Assembly: GCA_965112735.1 (NCBI GenBank) | Contig: OZ218965.1 | Span: forward strand, 1,054,001 to 1,118,000 | DNA length: 64,000 nucleotides | Direction of reading: 5' to 3' | DNA from: Phaeosaccion multiseriatum | Lineage: Eukaryota; Protista; Ochrophyta, other classes | The notes under the pieces: model-generated | The model's input: only the letters and a program-made list of their open reading frames with translations | Database searches by the model: none | Told to the model about the DNA's origin: nothing | Part shown: positions 55,324 to 64,000 of the stretch, piece after piece | How positions within the stretch are numbered: position 1 is the stretch's first letter | Layout: every line of letters starts with the position of its first letter | Made by a program: the position numbers and the translations under genes

Positions 55324-56922
55324 CGAGGCTGAGGCGGGGAGAGGGAGGAAGGCGGGAAGGAGGGGAGGAAAGGGGGGAGGGAGGGAGGGAGGGAGGGATG
55401 GAGGGAGAAGTGAGGGAGGGAGGGAGGGAGGAAGGAAGGAAGGAAGGAAGGAAGGAAGGAAGGAAGGAAGGAAGGAAGGAAGGAAGGAAGGAAGGAAGGA
55501 AGGAAGGAAGGAAGGAAGGGAGGGAGGGATAGTGTTGGAGTTGCGGAGGGGGGTTAAGTAGGGGAGGTTGGCATGGTTGAGTGAAGAAGAGTGAAGAGTG
55601 GTATTGTTTTCGATTGTACTCATATATGTGTGGAGGGCTTGGGCGGGACGTTTTCCATCACCGCATCTCCCCTACTTGAGGTCACTGGGGCCCCAACGAA
55701 CAACGCAAAACCCCCTCTGCCGTGTCGCCCCGCCCTGTCCTCTCCTCGTCTGTACATCATAATGTGGGCTTTGCGGTCGACACGCACATCCACCGACAAG
55801 CAGTGCGCTGCGGCCTCACTGTTAGAAAGGAAGAGAAGGACGTCAAGGGGAGAGTAGAGGAGGCGCTCACGAGGTGAGTTTCAGTTCCAATTAGCTAGAG
55901 TGGGTCGCTTCCGTCGGCTGCTGAGAAACACCCTACCCTTTCCCCCCCTTTCCCTCGCAAAGCTGTGCCATCTCTCTCTCTCTCTCTCTCTCGGGCGCGC
56001 GCTCTCCCCCATGGTGTTTATTAGCACCCACCCTCTCCCACTCCCCTCCGCCCCCCTCTCTCCCCGCCCCGTCTCTGTACCCAAACATGTCTCACCTCAC
56101 GTCCCCTCCCCTCCCATTCACTGCCATCCCCCTCCTCCCCTTTTCCTGTCCCTGCTGTCGTGTCCCCTGTCGCCGCCCGAACCTTCGTGCATGCAGCCAC
56201 CAGCCACTTGCCCGTGAGGACTGGAGCAAGCTGCATCTTCAACTCATCTACTTTGGCAAGTTGGGTTTTGCCCGGTGCGTATCGAAGATTGAAGGCGGTG
56301 GGGGGGCTGGGGGACTGTAGAGAAGAAAGAGAACATGTCCACATGAACAGGTCTTTGACGAACCTTTGTGGGGTTGCTTCAACACGTAGGAGTCAGTTTG
56401 GGCATGTCCAGACGCAGCCCATTGTTTGTGTTACTCACCCCAGCGATGCACGTTCACTTCCCTCTCTCTTTCTTTGGTGTGGCGCCTCTTGCTCAGATCC
56501 TCTGATCATCGTTCGCCTCTCTCTGCCCGTCCCCTCTGCTGCCATCCATCCATTCATTCCATCCATCTGTGCATGAAAACACACCCCGAGCAGGCCAAGA
56601 AGCACACCCCTGCAGAGTGCCCGATTTGCTGCTGGATCAACAAGGCCGGCAGGGTCTCGAGTGGCGGTGGAAACGGAGCCACCAGCGCAGACGGAGGAGG
56701 GGAAGGAGGAGGAGGAAATAGTACCGAATACAGGAGAGCATAGAAGACGTGACTGCCGAGTCGCTGCAGTCCACCGGCAGAAAGACCGGGAAACACATCA
56801 TCCTCTATAGAGAGAGGATGGAGCAAATAGAGGCCCGTAACGGCCAAACCCGGCCCAGCAGCAGCCAGCCGGCTAAGCGAATGGACAAGAACGATGACTC
56901 AGTGGGCGTGAAGGCGACGTAA
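55320..56922 (+). pseudogene. Duplicated, degenerate 3' part of the endonuclease III gene (part of intron 4 through the stop)
   Basis: Colinear with ~52010-53896. The exon-5 acceptor CATAAG is mutated to CATAAT, and the exon copies carry indels (e.g. GCAGCCACCAGCCAC, GACGTGACT). Confidence 0.9.
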
Positions 56923-57482
56923 ACAGCTCCACGGTAGACGTCCCCCCGTAAGGAATCCTCAAGCACACGCACGCACAGCGCGCATCGTAGTAGGATAGCA
57001 GGCCCGGTCTCAGCCCTGTACGCCATATACCTCCATCCAAGGCCTACCCAAGGGGGAAACTCAATTTCAGTTTCAGTTCCCCGGGTTTTTTTTCTGTGAA
57101 GTGATCGCCCCACGCTGTTTACATCGTTTCCTGTTATAGCAGCTGAAGCAGCGGCCGCAGAGGGACAGCGGTACTAGCAAGAGGAGGAAAATAGGACTCG
57201 GTGGCACGAGAACTGGCAGCAGAGGCAGCGGAGGTGGCAGGAACACGTCAGAAGAATCTTCAGATTCAGGATAGTGCTGTGGGGAACGACCGTGGGGAGG
57301 GAGGGTCTTTGAGCAGACCAGCGGCAGGAGGGGGAGGCACTGAGGCGCTGGGCATCAGGAACCGTCCACCTACTCGCAAAAGCCCCTTTCCCAGAGGCTT
57401 TGTGGAGATGAAGAAGGGGGCGCAGCAGGCACTGTCACCTCCCTGCTCAGCAGAGGAGGGAGGGCAGGAGAAGACACCAACT

Positions 57483-58604
57483 ATGGGGCTGCAAGGCACT
57501 CCTTTGAAGGCCACCCTGCTCGTCATGCTCGACATCATACAGCAACTCGAAAAGCAGGACACAGGGAAAGTCCCTTGCCAGGTGCGGTCCGAGTCCCCGG
57601 CGGCGGGTCAAGGCATGTCGCAAACTCCACCCAGTTGTGTAACGCAGAGGGGGGCTTGTCAAATTCCCAACGTGCTGGAAATTGAGAATGTGCGCGGTGT
57701 GGTCCTTGACTTCGTTGGGTCGAAGCAATATCTCTTTATTGCTTCGATCAGCTGGGGCTGGAAGAAAGCCTACGTGAGTAAGCATCCTTCACCATGCACA
57801 TCACATGGAAGTGTGACGCAGTCCGTAGACCGCATATACTGGGCTCGGCGGCATGGGTACCTCTTGGATGTGAACACACTCACATCGGCAGCCATGCAGC
57901 AAGACGAAAATATGTTCAAGGCGCTGTACAACATGGGCTGTCCGTCTGGACCACGGGTGGTGCGGGGAGCCATAAAGAATGGCAGGCACGGCGTTGCCAT
58001 CCTGAGGTGGCTGCACGGCCTCCCTGGCAAAGAGGGATGCCGTTTCGACACACTAGTGTGCGAGTATGCCGCCTTGGTTGGAGCAACGGACAAGCTGGAG
58101 TGGCTTCTCTCGGACGAGGTCAATGCGCCGTTCAGTTTCACCATCTGGTTGACCGCCCTACAAAGCAAGAATCTCGAGGTCATAAAGTGGGTCTTCGAGC
58201 ACCCCAAGATCAGGGCCGAGATGGAGAGTGCGACAGCCCCTGCTGCCCTGCCGCAACCCCTCTTGGCCACCCAGAATAGTGAGTGGAGAATGGGGGCCAA
58301 GTTCGCCATCACCTACAGTACTTTGGAGGTGCTCAAGTGGCTGCACGCCAATGCACGTGAGTTCTGTGAGTGGAATCCAGAGCTCTGCCAAACGGCAGTG
58401 GGCGTAGCACAGAGCCTTGAGATGCTGCAGTGGCTCCGCTCGGAGGAGGTGCGGTGTGAGTGGGACCAGTGGGCCTGCCCTGTGGAGTTGAAGGCATCGG
58501 ATGAAGCTTCCGGTCATCACCGAGAGCCCACAGATCCCGCCGCAATGAGAGAGATTAAGGAGTGGGTGCACGCCAACGGGCACCCTTGCACATGCTCGGA
58601 CTGA
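57483..58604 (+). CDS. Intronless F-box-like/ankyrin-like helical-repeat protein
   Basis: The ATG is conserved in all three paralogues. VRGVVLDFVGSKQYLFIASISWGWKKAY is followed by repeats AILRWLH..GC.FD..VCEYAA..G..DKLEWL, LEVIKWV, LEVLKWLH..CEW, LEMLQWLR..CEWD. Confidence 0.85.
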   Translation: MGLQGTPLKATLLVMLDIIQQLEKQDTGKVPCQVRSESPAAGQGMSQTPPSCVTQRGACQIPNVLEIENVRGVVLDFVGSKQYLFIASISWGWKKAYVSKHPSPCTSHGSVTQSVDRIYWARRHGYLLDVNTLTSAAMQQDENMFKALYNMGCPSGPRVVRGAIKNGRHGVAILRWLHGLPGKEGCRFDTLVCEYAALVGATDKLEWLLSDEVNAPFSFTIWLTALQSKNLEVIKWVFEHPKIRAEMESATAPAALPQPLLATQNSEWRMGAKFAITYSTLEVLKWLHANAREFCEWNPELCQTAVGVAQSLEMLQWLRSEEVRCEWDQWACPVELKASDEASGHHREPTDPAAMREIKEWVHANGHPCTCSD

Positions 58605-59534
58605 TGCAGCTCGGATGCAAGCTGAATGAGAAGGAGAGGCGACGTGCGTCTGTAAAGTTGGGACGGCTTATGCCTCAAGCCACACGGAGCTGATGCGCCG
58701 CGAGTGAGGGAGCGAAAGATGTTTATGCCCGTCCGAGGGTAGCGGCCGCAGCTGCATGCCACGGAGGGAACGCAGTGTCCTTCTGTGACGGCTTCTACAG
58801 CCCAATTGTGCAGCTCTCCAACGCGTCGCTCCGCCCCGCGCACTTTCTTTTTTAAAAACAAATTGAAAAAAATTCATGAGAGTGTTATGGTTGCATGAGA
58901 GAGGGTGTGTTCTACAGCAGCGGGCACTACCAACTATGGCACACGCACGAACGCGCGCAGCGCGCACCGTAGTGATATAGGATAGCAGCAATGAGGCCCG
59001 GTGTGTCTCTATAAACGAAGTTCTGAGCTGGCCTTCATTGTGGACCCAACTAATTTTCAGTTTCAGTTCCCCAATAGTTTCTGTGAAGTGATCGCCCTCA
59101 CATCATTTGTTGTTATAGCAGCAGAAGCGGCAGTAACTCAGCAGCAGGAGCAATACAAGGAGAGTACATGTATGTTGTACGAGTACCCGTTGCACAAGCA
59201 GCTACTCGTCGCAGGAGTACTCCTCAGCGCTGGTCTTGGTCAGCAAGGATTTTTGGAAACCATTGAAGAGAGAGGAGAGTGAGAAAATAGAGAGGAAAGG
59301 AGTGCAGCGGAATTGCCATGAAGAGGAATGGTCTACTGAGATAGCCCTAATGCCTTCACCATTCCACTTGGGTGTTGTGGAGTCAGGCACCGTCCACGAA
59401 GACGAGTCGACTCACTCGCCCAAGCCCCAAGAAGTCAATTCCAACCAGAGGCCCCGTTTGGAGATGAAGAAGGTCCTGCAGGCACATTGTCAGCCCCCTG
59501 CTCGACAGAGGAAGGAAAAGAAGCGAAGGCACCT

Positions 59535-60410
59535 ATGGGGCCGCAAAAGGTCCCTTTCATTGCCACCCTGCTCGTCATGAACGAGATGATAATGCAAGCG
59601 GACGGACGGGGAACGGAAGCAGCGCCTTGTGAGGGGTCCCTGTCCTCAGCCCGTGGTCAGGCTACCTTGCAATATCAGCCCCAACTAGGAGGGGACATAC
59701 AGGCGAGTACGGAGCTTGACAAATTAGCCCGCAAGGTACTTGGAGAGGAATGTGTACGCGACCGGATCGTTGAATACGTCGGGAGTCATCGCTATGCCTT
59801 CATTGCTCCGATCAGCAAGAATTGGAGGAACGCCTACGTGGTGAGGCATCGACCACTCACCTCAGATTCGAGCGTGAGCGAGTCAATGGAGTGCGAAAAC
59901 TGGGCTCAGCGGATGGGATACACATTCTCCTCGTAAACCTTTCCACAGGCAGCGTTGCGTCGCGACCTGAACATGTGCAAGCTGCTGCACAGCCTGGGCT
60001 GTCTGTCCGTGGGGAACCGGCGGTGACGGCCGCAGCAATATGGAATAAGGGGCACGGTCATGCTATCCTCAGTTGGTTGCGCATAATAGACCTCCTCGAC
60101 AAGGAGAGCTGCCCTTCCGACACCACAGCGTGCATTGCAGCAGCCTGCTGTAGAGGCGCGGTCGATAGGCTGGAGTGCCTTATGGCGGATGATGTCAATG
60201 TCCCCTTCGCTTCGACCGTCTGGGAGAACGTAGTGCTGAACGACTATCTTGCGGCAATGCGGCGGGTCTTGGAGTATCCCAAGGTCACCGGGGCCGAGAT
60301 GGAGAGAGCGCCTGTCTCTCGTTTCTGGCAGCAACTTCTCCATGCCGATGACGCTAGCGGGTGGAGACATGACCCCTTCTTCGTCGCTCGCAAGTACACA
60401 AGGAGGCCTC
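59535..60410 (+). pseudogene. Third, more diverged paralogue of the ankyrin-like gene, with premature stop and frameshift
   Basis: MGPQKVPFIATLLVM...RIVEYVGSHRYAFIAPISKNWRNAYV...WAQRMGYTFSS* (TAA at 59934). Homology resumes in another frame (AILSWLR...DRLECLMADDVNVPF...EYPKVTGAEME). Confidence 0.8.
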
Positions 60411-60661
60411 AATACTTTTTACTAAATCACTTTTTGTTTATTTTGTAATTGAAACATGAAAATTAATGCCTCACTTGAAAGTACTCTAGATGAGACAGCG
60501 CGGGCCGTTTGACCGACTTGAAGTGCACCTGACGTCTGAAACCATCGCCTGATGAACACTCCCTTCTCTAAACTTTATAGCGGTTGGCTGGATGTAACGG
60601 TTGGCTGGATGCATGGTCCCCGGACCTCACATGGGCTGTTGTGCTGCCATGGCCCACGCAG

Positions 60662-63600
60662 TTAGAGGGCAGGGCAGTCGTCATAGAAGAGGAAGCCACA
60701 GAATCGACAGATCACATTGCCACTCGTAAAGCAGCCGAGCCCACCTCCGGCGCAGGAGGCTGCATCCTCGAAGCACTGTGGGAAGGCAGACAGAAAGCAA
60801 AAGCAAAAGGTAGAGGCAACAGCGTCCGTCATTGACATTGAGTCTCGCACGAACTTGGCGATGGCGAGGCACCGCGCGGGCTCGGACACTCGCTCGACTC
60901 CTCAGGCGCTTTGACACGCACCTGCTCATGTACGCCGCTGGGAAGGATGCCGGTGCAGGCACAGGAAGAAGTCTGCGCTGGCGCTGACTGCGCTGGGGTG
61001 GAGTCAGCGCCAGGACAGTCAGGGAAGGGGGCCGCTCCGCAGAAGCGGCAATCTTCTCCGTTAATGTCACTGTAGCAGCCTAGGCCACCACCAGCGCAAA
61101 GGGCGTCCTGATAGCACTGAGGAGAGGGAGGGAGGAGGGAGGGGGGATGGGGGTTGGAGTACGTTAGTCGCTCTGTCTGTAGGTGGTTGGTACTCGCTAG
61201 CTCCAGCTTCTCTCTGTCAGAGGGGCCATCTCACCTGCTGCTCCTGAGCGTTGGCCAGGAAGCCATTGCAGACACAGGCGTCTTGGTACCCGCCCGAAGC
61301 CGCAGGGGTAGGGGTGGTCGTCGTGACAGTTGAAGGGGGGGGAGTAGTACCAGTGCTCACAGGAGTGCTCGTAACGGTAGAAGGCTGAGGTGTGGGTGTC
61401 GGTCCGGAACTGGCAGATCCAGGGCAGTCCGGGAAGGGGGCCGCGCCGCAGAAGCGGCAGGCTTCTCCGTTACTGTCACCGAAACATCCGAGGCCGCCGC
61501 CGGAGCAAGAAGCGTCTTGGTAGCACTGAGGAGGGAAGGGGAGGGAGGTGGGATACGTAAGTAGATACGTAAGTGGAAGTGCCAGTGGTTGGTGCTCACC
61601 TGCTGCTTTAGGACGGCCGTGACCATGCCACCGCACACGCACGCGTCCTGGTAAACGCCCGACGCCACCGCGGTAGGGGTGGTGGGCTGAGGCGTGGATG
61701 CGGCAGTGGGCTGAGGTGTGGATGCGGCAGTGGGCTGAGGCGTCGATGCGGCTGTGGGCTGAGGCGTGGATGCGGCAGCGGGCTGAGGCGTCGATGCGGC
61801 AGTGGGCTGAGGTACAGGTGTGGGGCCGGTAGGAGTAGGAGGCAGCCCACCTCCCGTGTATGGCGCAACGTTTGAGCCAATCCCGTTGGCGCACTCTGCC
61901 GTAGCAGCGCCGAGGAAGCCTGCCCCCGAGTACTGCACACCATCGCGGAGACAGAAGTCAGCCAACGGAGACGGAAGGCCTTCGCTGCAGCTGTTCCCAG
62001 CGTTGATGAGTGAGGTGGAGTCGACTTCGTCGAAGAAGATGAGCAGTTTGACGTTCATGTGCTCCACGTTGCACGGCACCTGTGCCGTGATGGTGGTCTT
62101 GAGGGGCTGGCCGGGGAAGTGCGCCAGGAGGCGAATCGACTCTACGCCGTTGGCCAGCTCGGTGCGCATGCTGATGAACTCCATGTAAGGATGGTTCACA
62201 ATATCCCCCTGCAGGTTCAAGTCGATCTGCCAGCGGCAGTCCGGCAGCTTGGTAGCTCTGATGTAGTTCATCCACTCTGAGGTCGGACCGAGTCGAGGGC
62301 GGGGGGAGGGACGAGAGTGGATCAGAGGACAAGAGGCTCTCGAGTCAGCAGCGTCGATGGGAGTATAATTGCGCTTTTCGCCATGGGTACTACACGGTCC
62401 GACCTCACGCTGCCTACCCAAAGCGGCCTCACTCACTCACTCACTCAGTCAGTCAGTCAGTCAGTCACTTACTCACTCACTTATTCACTCACTCACTCAC
62501 TCCCTCACTCACTTCCTCACTCACTCACTCACTCACTCACTCACTCACTCACTCACTCACTCACTCACTCAGTCAGTCAGTCAGTCAGTCAGTCAGTCAG
62601 TCAGTCAGTCAGTCACTCACTCACTCACTCACTTAGACCTCACTCACTCACTCACTCACTCACTCACTCACTCACTCACTCACTCACTCCCTCACTTCCT
62701 CACCAGCGGGTCCTGTGCCGGCAGTGGTGCCATAGACGCCCCCCGGGGCACACAAGGAATTATCCTGAGCTCCGGCAAAGTGGAATGAGTCCGGCATGCT
62801 GCGAGGGGCCGTGCCATTGGCCACTGCCTCATGCTCGGCCGCTCCCTCCGAGAAGCCGTAGTGCGGCATCGTCACAGGCTACTCGCGAAGAGATCGAATG
62901 CACACGCACGCACACACAGTAACCACGGCGAGGAGCAGCGCGACATTAAGTGTCAGTCCGGCAGAGAGAGTACGTGTTGCCCCACAGGCTGCATACCCCC
63001 CTCCTGTAAGGCCAAAGGGCTGACTCACCGAAGTGTACCCCGTCGGGCAGCCTGCGCCCTCGAAGCGGGCCCTCCAACGGATATCGGCCGTGTCTCCGAT
63101 CTCTCCGGGATTGGTTCTTCCGTCGAAGGTGAGCGGCACGCTGGGGAGGCTGGCGTCTCTGATTCCGTAGTCCGCCATCCAGGAGTAGAGAGGCATCCAC
63201 GTGCCTCCATCGAAGCGCTCGAAGAAGACGCTATCAATGTAGGGGTTCCTCTGCCACAGATCGGAGTCCGCCATCTGTAGCCTTGTGTACCACCGAGGCA
63301 CTGCATGAGTGCACCGCAGAAAGGAGGGGATCGGGGGGAGAGACGCGTCATGCTTCGAGGCGATGCAATATGGATACAAGAGCGTCAAGGCAACCCTTGC
63401 CCAAACCTCAGCGCTCCACGCGGTGCTACTAGTGGAGGCGCTGAGTGTAGGAAGATGGCATGCAGCAGAACACTTCTCTCAGTCGCCGCACTTACATCCG
63501 GGGGGGGGTCCGTCGAAGTAGTCCTGAGCAAAAGAGGAGACGCAAGGCAAGGAGGGTGAGACGAGAGGGCTGCGGCGCCTTCATTATCCTTCAGTAGTGG

Positions 63601-63928
63601 AGCGTGCTTCCCCCCGATCCCACCATGCCCCCGCTGTCTTTCTTTTGACAGTCTTCTTGTCACACCGGCCGGTGGGGCTGCTGCCGCGTTCGTGGATGTC
63701 TGCGTGCAAGACAAAGGAGCGTACCTTCGTGGTGAGGGTCCAGGCCAAGGCGTCGTCTCGCGCTTCCCCTCCGAAGTAGTACTGGCCCCCTGGTTGGCAC
63801 TCGGCCTGCCCTACAGCATGGCGAGGGAGGCCAAGCCCTGCCAAGATGAGGGGCACAAGCAGCATCAGTGGCACTCGCTTCTTCCCCCCGCCAAACCCTT
63901 GGCCTTGCTGGCCCAGCATTTTTATCAC
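60662..63928 (-). CDS. Secreted Cys-rich protein with three GGGLGC..CRFCG modules and Pro/Thr/Ser linkers, multi-exon
   Basis: Hydrophobic leader MLLVPLILAGLGL..AVG; modules CYQDASCSGGGLGCFGDSNGEACRFCGAAPFPDCP, CYQDALCAGGGLGCYSDINGEDCRFCG and CFEDAASCAGGGLGCFTSGNVICRFCG; linker (STPQPTAA)x5. Confidence 0.75.
61683..61812 (-). repeat. 24-bp coding tandem repeat encoding STPQPTAA (mucin-like linker)
   Basis: GGCTGAGGCGTGGATGCGGCAGTG variants, ~5 copies. Confidence 0.85.
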
Positions 63929-64000
63929 AAAGATGAAGAAGAGCCCTAAAGGATAGGTACTCGTAGACGTGTTTGTGACGGCCCAGGACCGCTCAAAGAA

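Overview
Gene-dense, intron-rich eukaryotic nuclear DNA, most likely a photosynthetic stramenopile (ochrophyte), because one gene carries a signal peptide plus ASAFVP bipartite plastid-targeting motif. Most of the supplied ORF track is microsatellite noise. Manual splicing gives about 14 genes: D27-like carotene isomerase (3' end), a DUF218-like protein, a large low-complexity protein, a stand-alone DHFR, an FNIP-repeat protein, PP2A B'' subunit, a small membrane protein, a plastid-targeted unknown protein, MoaA/CNX2, a large ankyrin+TPR protein, intronless aminoacylase-1, a bacterial-type endonuclease III, an intronless F-box-like/ankyrin-like gene with two dead paralogues, and a secreted Cys-rich (GGLGC..CRFCG) repeat protein. 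The most striking structures are: (i) a ~345-bp-arm fold-back (54629-55323, inner 50 bp perfect) made from the ankyrin-like gene, sitting inside a duplication/inverted-triplication/duplication rearrangement next to the intact gene, a candidate hairpin small-RNA regulator; (ii) introns often polarised with G-rich repeats at the 5' end and complementary C-rich repeats at the 3' end; (iii) a recurrent (TTTCAG)n motif just downstream of splice donors. Family assignments come from motif recognition only; no searches were run.
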